Shown: positions 1 through 7,228, counted from the first letter of the stretch. The stretch is 20,000 nt of DNA from an uncultured virus (IMG/VR IMGVR_UViG_3300046782_000157) (IMGVR_UViG_3300046782_000157); one strand, 5' to 3'. Translations and numbers: made by a program. The notes: generated from the letters alone by a model not told the origin.

Positions 1-24
1 GTGACAGAAAGATTGGCGGTTGTG

Positions 25-294
25 TCATTTGTGGATGACGCCGATCAGGCGCTCGATCGGGATGGACATCTGCTTGCCCTTGGCAGGGCCGTTTTTGGGC
101 CAGAACTTCACCCATCGGTTTCCATGTTCGTCGGTGAAGAACTCGACAGGCATCAATTCCCTCTTGGGGTTTCTCGGCCTGTTTACGGGCACAGTCTCTC
201 GTCTGATAAAGTAGATGGCGTTGCCATCTGACTCCTCGACCAAGACCGACTCGACGTTGTCCAAGACGATGTTCTCCTGTGGTGCTTCAACCAT
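25..294 (-). CDS. hypothetical phage protein (89 aa)
   Basis: ORF coupled to the upstream gene by a TAATG overlap at 294; same strand as the whole arm. Confidence 0.75.
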   Translation of the reverse strand: MVEAPQENIVLDNVESVLVEESDGNAIYFIRRETVPVNRPRNPKRELMPVEFFTDEHGNRWVKFWPKNGPAKGKQMSIPIERLIGVIHK

Positions 295-542
295 TATGCC
301 TCCGTGAACTTGTGAATCGCCACGGGATCGGGATCATGGGCGTCGAACAATTCAACACCGATGTCGTCGTTCTCGTAGCGATGGATGAATAAGCCGAAGA
401 TCACACGGTTTCCGATCTTGAAGATGAGGTCGTGCTCCCAATCCATTCGTTCTGGCAATACCGGGAGCTGGATCGCAGCTGTGACGCCAGCCTCATCATA
501 AGTAACGACCTTGACCTTGAGGAGCTTCGGCAGATTTGTCAC
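294..542 (-). CDS. hypothetical protein (82 aa, GTG start)
   Basis: ORF downstream of GAAGGAGGGTC SD (551-561); stop overlaps the next start. Confidence 0.75.
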   Translation of the reverse strand: MTNLPKLLKVKVVTYDEAGVTAAIQLPVLPERMDWEHDLIFKIGNRVIFGLFIHRYENDDIGVELFDAHDPDPVAIHKFTEA

Positions 543-550
543 TTCAGCAT

Positions 551-628
551 GACCCTCCTTCGTGTAATCGGAGTCGGGTGACTCCAGCCCCCGGTGACCG
601 CAGAGTCAACCGGGAGCTGCAACTACCC
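551..628 (-). repeat. intergenic G.G/U.G hairpin element, copy 1, plus SD
   Basis: minus strand GGGTAGTT-G-CAGCT-CCCGGTTGAC..GTCACCGGG-GGCTG-G-AGTCACCC; alternative hairpin GGAGTC-ACCC-GACTCC. Confidence 0.8.
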
Positions 629-958
629 TGACATCCGTCGTATGTATGCTTGTAACGGAGTGTCTCTGTTGTCTCTTTGTTCTTGGATAGTTGCCCATCG
701 ACAATTACCGGGTTCGTAGTTCCCGTCATTGTCGATTCTGTCGATCTGCTTGCCTGGTGGTCGTACTCCCATGTCCGCCAGGAAGTTCTCGAACTTGAGC
801 CAGCGTTCGCAAACCTTAATGCCTCGTGCTCCGTACTTGTAGTACGAATCGGCATTAGGATTCATGCAACGCTGTTTCATTGTCGTCCAGATTCGGTATG
901 TGCTGGTAGGCTTTCCACCCTCACAGTGACCATGAGTTATCTGGCCGCCGGGCTTCAT
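623..958 (-). CDS. HNH endonuclease-like protein
   Basis: YRIWTTMKQRC..YGARGIKVCERW..FENFLADMG..IDRIDNDGNYEPGNCRWAT..EQ..N is the typical pattern of phage HNH homing-endonuclease-like proteins. Confidence 0.85.
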   Translation of the reverse strand: MKPGGQITHGHCEGGKPTSTYRIWTTMKQRCMNPNADSYYKYGARGIKVCERWLKFENFLADMGVRPPGKQIDRIDNDGNYEPGNCRWATIQEQRDNRDTPLQAYIRRMSG

Positions 959-1179
959 CCGACTTGCTGGACTGGGTAGTGCGGCTTGATGTGCTTGTTG
1001 ATATAGCTGCCAACGCTTTGCGCGTTAGCCGCTACAACAGCACGTTGGTATGGCACGCCTGTGTAGGCGTACGTCTTGCCGCTCTTGTATGTGACGTACA
1101 TGATGCTCTTGTCACTATCCCAAGAGATCGACTCGACATTGCTGGAGTGTGGAACTGGAATCGGTCGTCGTGTGCTCAT
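955..1179 (-). CDS. KTSC-domain protein (74 aa; start corrected to ATG 1179)
   Basis: SSNVESISWD..MYVTYKSGKTYAYTGVP..AQSVGSYINKHIK matches the KTSC pattern; ATGA overlap with the upstream stop. Confidence 0.85.
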   Translation of the reverse strand: MSTRRPIPVPHSSNVESISWDSDKSIMYVTYKSGKTYAYTGVPYQRAVVAANAQSVGSYINKHIKPHYPVQQVG

Positions 1180-1373
1180 TTCGCACGCGCTTCCCCGGCC
1201 ATAAACCGCTTGGCTGCTTCCTTGGGCTTCATCCCCGCCATGTACCAGTCGTGCAACAGATCTTCGTCGCACTCGTCGCGCATGGTCAGATAGATTTCGC
1301 CCGTCTCAGCTTCGCGCATCTTGCTGACTTGATCGCCGAAGCGATCGCTCCAGTGAGAGAACGTGTAGCTCAT
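1176..1373 (-). CDS. hypothetical protein (65 aa)
   Basis: ATGA overlaps at both ends. Confidence 0.8.
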   Translation of the reverse strand: MSYTFSHWSDRFGDQVSKMREAETGEIYLTMRDECDEDLLHDWYMAGMKPKEAAKRFMAGEARAK

Positions 1374-1627
1374 GTGATCGAGTCCAGGAATTCTTGCGCT
1401 TCACTTGCTGAGCAAGGATTATCCCACTCATCGAACATGTCTCTAGCTAGCTCCCATGCTGTCGGCAGCCGCTTATTGCGGTACCACAGCAGACAGAGAG
1501 CGTCGAGCCACATGAATGGACGCTGATCACCAGGGCCACGCTCGACATCTGGGATGTTGTCAAGCTTGATGCCGGCCTCGCGCATCTCGCGCTCAGCTTC
1601 TTCCCAGGCGTGTTCGGGCTCGGTCAT
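1370..1627 (-). CDS. hypothetical acidic protein (85 aa)
   Basis: ATGA overlaps at both ends. Confidence 0.8.
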   Translation of the reverse strand: MTEPEHAWEEAEREMREAGIKLDNIPDVERGPGDQRPFMWLDALCLLWYRNKRLPTAWELARDMFDEWDNPCSASEAQEFLDSIT

Positions 1628-1827
1628 GTGATCACCTTGTTGGCCTTCAGCAGATCCACGATCGTCTGGCGGTCGGCGTTGACGTTACCAGTCCGAGCTA
1701 GCCAGAGACAGTAGTCGATGATCTCGCCTCGGTTCTTGTACTCAACGCTGAAGATCTCCTTGTTCGTGGATGTCTTCACCGTTACGACATGTCCGACACG
1801 AGTCACGCTAATGTTGACCTGAGCCAT
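1624..1827 (-). CDS. hypothetical protein (67 aa; start corrected to ATG 1827, MAQVNISV...)
   Basis: TGATG overlap with the upstream stop. Confidence 0.75.
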   Translation of the reverse strand: MAQVNISVTRVGHVVTVKTSTNKEIFSVEYKNRGEIIDYCLWLARTGNVNADRQTIVDLLKANKVIT

Positions 1828-2357
1828 CACCAGCCTTCTTTCGCCGCACAAATTGGGCCAATGCCGAGTGCGCGACTGCGCTCGTCGGTGAGCGTCCGTC
1901 CGCAGATCCCGCAATGGCCCAGCTCGCGCCCGTAGCGCATGCTAGCCTCTTTGGGGTCTTTGGCGATCTCCGTCATGATAGACTTCCTGTGCTCCGTGTT
2001 CTTGATCGGATAGCGTTCATCCGATGCACGGACGCTCAGGAATGTGTAGCCTGCCCACTTGCCCTCGGTCGGCTTGTCCACATGGTAGAACTTCAGGACA
2101 TCGTCCATCGGATCGACCACTGCGTACCTGCCGGCCGGGATGTCAGGCCAGTCTCGACTGACCTGCTTCTTAGGCAGTCCCTTCATGACGTCAATGATCC
2201 GGCTCGCTTCGCCCTTGCTGAGCTTTCGCGTGCCGGCATCGACCTTGGCGATGAAAGCAGCTTGCTTCTCCGTGATCTCATGCTTCTTGGCGAGATCGTG
2301 GAGATACTCAAGCTGATTCTCCGATGCTGGATCCTCTGTCCAGGCTGTCGTTGCCAT
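1827..2357 (-). CDS. DUF6011-like Zn-binding phage protein (176 aa; start ATG 2357)
   Basis: C-terminal CGICGRTLTDERSRALGIGPIC motif; SD GAAGGAGGG just upstream of ATG 2357. Confidence 0.8.
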   Translation of the reverse strand: MATTAWTEDPASENQLEYLHDLAKKHEITEKQAAFIAKVDAGTRKLSKGEASRIIDVMKGLPKKQVSRDWPDIPAGRYAVVDPMDDVLKFYHVDKPTEGKWAGYTFLSVRASDERYPIKNTEHRKSIMTEIAKDPKEASMRYGRELGHCGICGRTLTDERSRALGIGPICAAKEGW

Positions 2358-2359
2358 AT

Positions 2360-2428
2360 GCCCTCCTTCGGGTTTGGTACTCGGCTGAGCACCGGCCCAC
2401 CTCATTGCTGAGATGAGCCGCTGATCAA
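2360..2428 (-). repeat. intergenic hairpin element, copy 2, plus SD
   Basis: TGATCA-G-CGGCT-CATCTCA-GCAA-TGAGGTG-GGCCG-G-TGCTCA; alternative GGTGCTC-AGCC-GAGTACC. Confidence 0.9.
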
Positions 2429-2429
2429 G

Positions 2430-2609
2430 TCACTTCAGGCATTTGAGGCAAGTAATGGGATGTCGAGTCTTGACCAGCACCATTGGATGACCATTCCACG
2501 GCTTCACGGGCTGTCCGCAGACGGGTTCGCCCGATGAGTTCCGCTCATGGTACTTCAAGCTGCTGTCAAGACTGGGCGTGATCTGCATCCTGATTTGAAG
2601 AGTCACCAT
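2430..2609 (-). CDS. small His/Cys (putative Zn-binding) protein, 59 aa, not in the ORF track
   Basis: MVTLQIRMQITPSLDSSLKYHERNSSGEPVCGQPVKPWNGHPMVLVKTRHPITCLKCLK; TGATG overlap at 2609; fills the gap exactly. Confidence 0.75.
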   Translation of the reverse strand: MVTLQIRMQITPSLDSSLKYHERNSSGEPVCGQPVKPWNGHPMVLVKTRHPITCLKCLK

Positions 2610-2797
2610 CAGTTACGCCCGATTTCGCATGCCCGTGTCTGACATTCTGGATCGCTGGACTTAACTTGGTTGGCCAGCATCAGAATGTATTGCGGCCCGC
2701 CATGATAATCCCCACCACAGCAAGCTGTGCCATCGCTGCGAAGACTGTGCACTGTTCGCCACTTTCGATGAACAAGCACTTGACGTGTCTTCACCAT
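2609..2797 (-). CDS. small His/Cys (putative Zn-binding) protein, 62 aa (start ATG 2797)
   Basis: SD GAAGGAGGGTCAAATG; H-x9-CG...C-x4-C. Confidence 0.8.
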   Translation of the reverse strand: MVKTRQVLVHRKWRTVHSLRSDGTACCGGDYHGGPQYILMLANQVKSSDPECQTRACEIGRN

Positions 2798-2799
2798 TT

Positions 2800-2864
2800 G
2801 ACCCTCCTTCTGGTACTCGGCTGAGCACCACACCCTGCCTTCGAGGGCAGGATGCGCTACTCAG
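2800..2864 (-). repeat. intergenic hairpin element, copy 3, plus SD
   Basis: TGAGTA-G-CGCAT-CCTGCC-CTCGAA-GGCAGG-GTGTG-G-TGCTCA; alternative GGTGCTC-AGCC-GAGTACC. Confidence 0.9.
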
Positions 2865-2867
2865 TTG

Positions 2868-3047
2868 TTATCCGTGGTATTCATTGCTGAGGTGTGAGAC
2901 GATATGGATGTGAGTATGTACCGGAGCGTTTTCCAGAAGATGACGGATGTAGAACGTCGCTGTTGCCAGCTCCGTGAACTTCTTGAACGTGCCTTCGCCG
3001 GATTCGCCACCCATCCACACTTCGTACACAACGTGTGGTTCGTCCAC
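2868..3047 (-). CDS. hypothetical protein (59 aa; GTG start 3047)
   Basis: SD GAAGGAGGGTAGC directly before GTG. Confidence 0.75.
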   Translation of the reverse strand: MDEPHVVYEVWMGGESGEGTFKKFTELATATFYIRHLLENAPVHTHIHIVSHLSNEYHG

Positions 3048-3050
3048 GCT

Positions 3051-3116
3051 ACCCTCCTTCTGGTGCTCTTCTGAACACCGAGCCTCACAATTGTCTTTGT
3101 GAGACTCGCTACTCAG
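3051..3116 (-). repeat. intergenic hairpin element, copy 4, plus SD
   Basis: TGAGTA-G-CGAGT-CTCACAA-AGACAA-TTGTGAG-GCTCG-G-TGTTCA; alternative GGTGTTC-AGAA-GAGCACC. Confidence 0.9.
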
Positions 3117-3418
3117 CTGACTGTTTCTTGGTAGATGATACCTCTGATCATCGGGGCCCACTCGGGCGAGTCAGGCCCGTAGTTGGTCGCTGAGAACACG
3201 TCCATGTCGGCCCTGACGACACTCGGCGTCTCGTTGTCAGCTGCTGGTTCCTCGGGGTCGAGCTTCTGACGGATCTCTAGCTTGAACATCGGCGTGCCCA
3301 TGCTGTCGCAGATGATCATCTCGACATCACCTTCGGGAAGTGAGACTCTTGATACGAGAGAGAGATCATCGGCAACTTCGAGATACCACGGAGTTGGAAT
3401 CAGCTCGGGTTCATCCAT
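3113..3418 (-). CDS. hypothetical acidic protein (101 aa)
   Basis: SD GAAGGAGGGTCAGATG; stop TGA lies in the base of element 4. Confidence 0.85.
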   Translation of the reverse strand: MDEPELIPTPWYLEVADDLSLVSRVSLPEGDVEMIICDSMGTPMFKLEIRQKLDPEEPAADNETPSVVRADMDVFSATNYGPDSPEWAPMIRGIIYQETVS

Positions 3419-3420
3419 CT

Positions 3421-3489
3421 GACCCTCCTTCGTTGCGGTACTCGGATGAGTACCGCGCCCACCCCATGCGGGGAAGACGCGCTACTCAT
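3421..3489 (-). repeat. intergenic hairpin element, copy 5, plus SD
   Basis: ATGAGTA-G-CGCGT-CTTCCCC-GCAT-GGGGTGG-GCGCG-G-TACTCAT; alternative GCGGTACTC-ATCC-GAGTACCGC. Confidence 0.9.
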
Positions 3490-3623
3490 TTCTTTTTCTC
3501 GCAGTCGTCACAGATGCCGGCCACGATGTTGCTTCCGGTGATCTGTGCTTGAAATAGATCCTGCGATGTGACCTGGACGTACTTGAATTTGTGACACTTG
3601 GTGCAGTAGCCAACAAGTCTCAT
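3486..3623 (-). CDS. small CxxC..CxxC zinc-finger peptide, 45 aa, not in the ORF track
   Basis: MRLVGYCTKCHKFKYVQVTSQDLFQAQITGSNIVAGICDDCEKKK; ATGA overlap at 3620-3623; stop in element 5. Confidence 0.8.
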   Translation of the reverse strand: MRLVGYCTKCHKFKYVQVTSQDLFQAQITGSNIVAGICDDCEKKK

Positions 3624-3856
3624 CCTGGGCACTCGCTTTCAAGATGAACGAGATCGAGATCACCCTGGCTGTCGATCGCATCGTAGACTCTCAGCCCGAA
3701 CTTGATGGGCACGCGAATGCGATTTGGCTGGGTTTTCCAGGTTTTTACCTGGCCGTTCACTCGCCAGCGTTGACACGTACCGTCGGCATTCTTGTAGAAG
3801 TCATGATGCAGAACGTCGCCGGGCTTCAACGCCTTGGCTTGTTCTAGCGTGATCAT
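3620..3856 (-). CDS. hypothetical phage protein (78 aa)
   Basis: ATGA overlaps at both ends; RWRVNGQVKTWKT..R..VPIKFGL pattern resembles a common phage hypothetical family (from memory, not searched). Confidence 0.8.
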   Translation of the reverse strand: MITLEQAKALKPGDVLHHDFYKNADGTCQRWRVNGQVKTWKTQPNRIRVPIKFGLRVYDAIDSQGDLDLVHLESECPG

Positions 3857-4074
3857 GTCGACACCTGGCCCTGGGGCGAGATGCCGCCGTAGATCGGCTG
3901 ACCATGATCAGTCCAGTGCATCGTGAAGCACAGATAGTTGTTCGGCAGATCGAGTCCGCCCTTCTGAACAACCACGTTTTCAAGTTTCGGGTTGTTAAGA
4001 AGAACATCAATGCTTTTCTTCTGCGCTGTAGTCATGGTATTGAAAGCCTCTTGGGTCATCTTGACCTTGATCAC
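3853..4074 (-). CDS. hypothetical protein (73 aa)
   Basis: overlaps both neighbours; protein-like composition. Confidence 0.75.
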   Translation of the reverse strand: MIKVKMTQEAFNTMTTAQKKSIDVLLNNPKLENVVVQKGGLDLPNNYLCFTMHWTDHGQPIYGGISPQGQVST

Positions 4075-4454
4075 TTATGTGACCTCCATGCGACGATCTT
4101 GTCTCCGGGCAGGAAGATGACTGGCTTCTCCATCTGCGAGTGAAGAAAGCGATGCTTGTGCTTAACAACCTGTTCGCCCTCTGTCACCAGGCCACAGTCG
4201 CCCTCGATGTAGTACACACCGAATTGGAATGTGACGTAGTGCTCGAACTCTTGCCCTGACCATTTCGATTCAAGCTTGTTGTCTGGATCGAACGTCCAGG
4301 TGCCGAGATCCGAGAACTTCTTGCCAATCTGATATTCTCTGTCTGGATCTTCATCCATGTAGGCCACGGTGTAGCAGAAGTCAAGCATCTGCTGATCCCA
4401 GATGAGATCCTTGCGACGCTTACCCTTCCGCTCCACATATATGTTGAGTGGCAT
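4071..4454 (-). CDS. hypothetical protein (start corrected to ATG 4454, MPLNIYVE...)
   Basis: SD GAAGGAGGGCAGAATG. Confidence 0.75.
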   Translation of the reverse strand: MPLNIYVERKGKRRKDLIWDQQMLDFCYTVAYMDEDPDREYQIGKKFSDLGTWTFDPDNKLESKWSGQEFEHYVTFQFGVYYIEGDCGLVTEGEQVVKHKHRFLHSQMEKPVIFLPGDKIVAWRSHK

Positions 4455-4457
4455 TCT

Positions 4458-4522
4458 GCCCTCCTTCGTGGTGTCGTATGAACACCGACCCACTCACTGT
4501 TAGGTGAGTGAGTCGCTATTCA
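4458..4522 (-). repeat. intergenic hairpin element, copy 6, plus SD
   Basis: TGAATA-G-CGACT-CACTCAC-CTAACA-GTGAGTG-GGTCG-G-TGTTCA; alternative GGTGTTC-ATAC-GACACC (one bulge). Confidence 0.9.
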
Positions 4523-4807
4523 ATCTTCATCCGATCTCAGCTTCTCTGTGAGCAGTCTATGGATCTCGCGGAGGATAGCTTGCTGATCGGACGGACTGAA
4601 CCTCTGCTCCCAGATCGGCTTCTTGACTGGCGTCCTGGGTGGCTTTGCTGCTGGCTGTGGCTTCGGCTTGGCAGTGTACTCGCGAATGTCGTTTTTCCTG
4701 ATAACATCCTTGATCCCACGACCGTGCAATCGCCACCATGCCATGATGAGTGCGATGGTGAACATTGCTGCCGGGATGTCGATGAAGATGAACTTGACGT
4801 AACTCAT
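4520..4807 (-). CDS. membrane-anchored protein (95 aa; start corrected to ATG 4807, MSYVKFIF...)
   Basis: N-terminal hydrophobic helix, basic Pro-rich tail; ATGA overlap with the 4804-4947 ORF. Confidence 0.75.
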   Translation of the reverse strand: MSYVKFIFIDIPAAMFTIALIMAWWRLHGRGIKDVIRKNDIREYTAKPKPQPAAKPPRTPVKKPIWEQRFSPSDQQAILREIHRLLTEKLRSDED

Positions 4808-4947
4808 GATGAAGGCGATAGTGCTACTAGGAACACGTACACGCCTATGATCAAGAGCGCGATCACAATTCCCAACACGAGGAGTCGGGACGCCATCCAG
4901 AGAATGACGAACTGATCTTGCCATCGTTTTGGGATCTTGATGGTCAC
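4804..4947 (-). CDS. small single-pass membrane peptide, 47 aa, not in the ORF track
   Basis: MTIKIPKRWQDQFVILWMASRLLVLGIVIALLIIGVYVFLVALSPSS; GTGA and ATGA overlaps at its ends. Confidence 0.65.
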   Translation of the reverse strand: MTIKIPKRWQDQFVILWMASRLLVLGIVIALLIIGVYVFLVALSPSS

Positions 4948-4981
4948 CTTACATCGATGCTGTTCCCGAGTGGTTTCATTT

Positions 4982-5053
4982 GACCCTCCTTCGGATGATG
5001 CTCATTTGAGCACCCGCCAACACACTCTGCGATGTGCCAGCGGCTGATCAAAT
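4982..5053 (-). repeat. intergenic hairpin element, copy 7, plus SD
   Basis: ATTTGATCA-G-CCGCT-GGCACAT-CGCAGA-GTGTGTT-GGCGG-G-TGCTCAAAT; alternative GGTGCTC-AAAT-GAGCATC. Confidence 0.9.
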
Positions 5054-5281
5054 ACGAACAGCGATGAAGTCTCGCAGCCTTCCGTTGCCGATTAGGATTG
5101 TTGCGATCCACTGGTGGGTGTCGTTTCCTGTTCGGCGCTCGCGGATGATGCGTTGTCTGTTTCCCGCAAAATCATGCAAAGCGTGCATCGCGGTTGGTGC
5201 TTCGATGACAGCAACTTTGCGGAATGTCCCTGCGCCTCTGCCATCGTACCACGTTCTGATCTCGAATGTTCCCATTGTCAT
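5048..5281 (-). CDS. hypothetical protein (77 aa)
   Basis: ATGA overlap; stop in element 7. Confidence 0.75.
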   Translation of the reverse strand: MTMGTFEIRTWYDGRGAGTFRKVAVIEAPTAMHALHDFAGNRQRIIRERRTGNDTHQWIATILIGNGRLRDFIAVRI

Positions 5282-5649
5282 CTCAGCAGAACCTCCGGCC
5301 CGAACCAGATGTGGTTCATGACCGTGACGACACGATGTGCGATCTTATGAGCCATCCAACCATCACGATGAGGGTTGTCTTCTTCGAGGCCAGCGTTCTC
5401 TGCCTCGATCTCGATGTTGTCTGTGATCGGCACCATGAGCATCTTCATCAGCTCTGGTGGACATGCTTCCCAAATGCAAGCAGGGTTGCCCCACTTGGCA
5501 TCCTCGATCGCAATACGTTCTGCGAGCTTAGGCGTGAGCCCACGCTCGTGAACGCATTCCGAACAGAGCCATGTTCTGACGATGATGTTGTCGTCGGTGC
5601 TTTCCGTGACCATGGTTGTCGGACATCCGAAACACCTGATGATTGCCAT
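5278..5649 (-). CDS. CxxC..CxxC zinc-finger-containing protein (start ATG 5649)
   Basis: SD GAAGGAGGGTCAAATG; CFGC...CSEC. Confidence 0.8.
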   Translation of the reverse strand: MAIIRCFGCPTTMVTESTDDNIIVRTWLCSECVHERGLTPKLAERIAIEDAKWGNPACIWEACPPELMKMLMVPITDNIEIEAENAGLEEDNPHRDGWMAHKIAHRVVTVMNHIWFGPEVLLR

Positions 5650-5651
5650 TT

Positions 5652-5719
5652 GACCCTCCTTCGTTGTGATGAATACCAACCGCTCCGGGGGACAACTCCC
5701 GGAGCAGCTGCTAGTCACC
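5652..5719 (-). repeat. intergenic hairpin element, copy 8, plus SD
   Basis: GGTGACTA-G-CAGCT-GCTCCGGGAG-TTGT-CCCCCGGAGC-GGTTG-G-TATTCATC. Confidence 0.85.
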
Positions 5720-6005
5720 AGCTTTTGTACGGTGACAGCGCCTTGACGCGATCGAGATATTCCGAGGCGTCGTGAAGCTGTGTACCTTCTTCATCGCAAG
5801 TGTCGAACTGGTCGAACTTGTCGATGAAAGCCCACTCGCCAGCGTCACCCATGTAGATGTAGCCGACGAGTCTGCCGTCAATCTCGTACACGTAGCACTC
5901 GTAGTTCGTGTCGATGTCTGGGTAATCACCAATGATGTCTTTGGCATACAGCTCTGCTGTGTGCTCTAGATCCTGACGAAACTCAGACTCAGTCATTTCT
6001 TTCAT
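5715..6005 (-). CDS. small, highly acidic protein (96 aa)
   Basis: 24 Asp/Glu versus 8 Lys/Arg by hand count; ATGA overlap; stop in element 8. Confidence 0.85.
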   Translation of the reverse strand: MKEMTESEFRQDLEHTAELYAKDIIGDYPDIDTNYECYVYEIDGRLVGYIYMGDAGEWAFIDKFDQFDTCDEEGTQLHDASEYLDRVKALSPYKSW

Positions 6006-6205
6006 GGGATCTGCTTGACGAAGACGGCTGCTCTGAACTTGGTGTCAACGCGATTGAAGCCGTGGTTGATCAGCTTCTCGATCAGACGTTCACCGTCGTC
6101 TACGTGAATGATCTTGACGGATTCGATCTCTTTCTGATCGATGATGGACACGACTTTCACTTGCTTGTCGCTGACCGGGATCAGTGAAACGCGCTTAACG
6201 CTCAC
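6002..6205 (-). CDS. hypothetical protein (67 aa, GTG start)
   Basis: GTGA/ATGA overlaps at both ends. Confidence 0.8.
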   Translation of the reverse strand: MSVKRVSLIPVSDKQVKVVSIIDQKEIESVKIIHVDDGERLIEKLINHGFNRVDTKFRAAVFVKQIP

Positions 6206-6423
6206 GCTGTCACCTGATCCTTTGTGATCCAGAGCTGGCCGGAACCTGTGCCCAAGCTGTCGTACGCTCGATACAGCTTCCAGTGCTTATCGCAGCCATG
6301 ACCCCACGGCCCGTAACGAGTTTTGAAGTCGTACGGCCCTGGTGTCTTCATGCCTTCTTGATTGCAGAAATCGCAATCGGGAATGCGAGGCACGACGCAG
6401 ACTTTTCCCTTTTCTGCTTTCAT
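6202..6423 (-). CDS. small putative Zn-binding phage protein (73 aa)
   Basis: CDFC...YDFKTRYGPW...CDKH...LGTGSGQ; SD upstream. Confidence 0.8.
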   Translation of the reverse strand: MKAEKGKVCVVPRIPDCDFCNQEGMKTPGPYDFKTRYGPWGHGCDKHWKLYRAYDSLGTGSGQLWITKDQVTA

Positions 6424-6430
6424 TCTGTGC

Positions 6431-6499
6431 GACCCTCCTTCGTTTTGGTGGTTTGAACACCAGCCCTGTCGGATTATATCTGACAGAGCTGCTACTCAA
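6431..6499 (-). repeat. intergenic hairpin element, copy 9, plus SD
   Basis: TTGAGTA-G-CAGCT-CTGTCAGAT-ATA-ATCCGACAG-GGCTG-G-TGTTCAA; short alternative TGGTG..CACCA. Confidence 0.9.
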
Positions 6500-6819
6500 T
6501 ACCTGCTTTTCGAGACGAGCTTGCCGTTGTCGAAGCAGAACTGATAGCTGCCGTTCTGGCTGAGAATGCCGTAGTAGATACAACGGCTGTTCAATGTGCC
6601 GCCGTAGCCACCGACAGTTGTGTCGTCGCTGCTCTGAGGACTGCCGAACGAGCTTCTCACGTAGCTTTCGCTGACGCCAATTGGCATGATAGCGAAAGCA
6701 TTGGGATCGACCTGAGCACTTGACTTATCGCTCGCGTCGGTGATCCCGTGAAGTGCGAATGCTCCACCGCCTACAAAGAGGCTGAGTAGCAGCAGAATGG
6801 TGATGAATGCGCCTTTCAT
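6496..6819 (-). CDS. exported/membrane-anchored protein with SmpA/BLIP-like pattern (start ATG 6819)
   Basis: signal-like MKGAFITILLLLSLFVGGGAFA; F..MPIGVS..YV...FGSP...CIYYG....YQFCFDNGKLVSK. Confidence 0.7.
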   Translation of the reverse strand: MKGAFITILLLLSLFVGGGAFALHGITDASDKSSAQVDPNAFAIMPIGVSESYVRSSFGSPQSSDDTTVGGYGGTLNSRCIYYGILSQNGSYQFCFDNGKLVSKSRY

Positions 6820-6824
6820 TTTAC

Positions 6825-6909
6825 GACCTTCCTTCGTTTTGTTTTTATTTGGTTCTGTGTCTGCTGACACAAGCCGCTACACGTTGTCCTGAGTAGCAGC
6901 TTCTATCAG
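6825..6909 (-). repeat. intergenic hairpin element, copy 10, plus SD
   Basis: CTGATA-G-AAGCT-GCTAC-TCAGGACAACGT-GTAGC-GGCTT-G-TGTCAG; alternative TGTGTC-AGCA-GACACA. Confidence 0.9.
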
Positions 6910-7226
6910 TTGACGATACTGTGATCCTTGATGCTGATCCAGCCGCATTCGCCTTCAATACACATCACGATTCCTCGCAATGTCGGTCTGCTGTCAAGCC
7001 CTTCGCCGCCGCCATAGCGGTTGCTAGGATCGAAATCACTGATCCAGACACAGATTTCATATCCGAGTTGCTCGGCGTAACAGTAGAAGATGATCTGATC
7101 ACCTTGGACACCAGCTACTGTCCAGTGAGGGCTGACATATTCGCCTTCATACTGATTGGCGATCCAGTCAGCTTTGACTTCGCGGTCAGTTGCTGTCCAA
7201 ACTTTTGCTATGAACTCTGGCTTCAT
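6906..7226 (-). CDS. hypothetical protein (106 aa; start corrected to ATG 7226, MKPEFIAK...)
   Basis: SD GAAGGAGGGCCAATG; stop in element 10. Confidence 0.8.
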   Translation of the reverse strand: MKPEFIAKVWTATDREVKADWIANQYEGEYVSPHWTVAGVQGDQIIFYCYAEQLGYEICVWISDFDPSNRYGGGEGLDSRPTLRGIVMCIEGECGWISIKDHSIVN

Positions 7227-7228
7227 TG

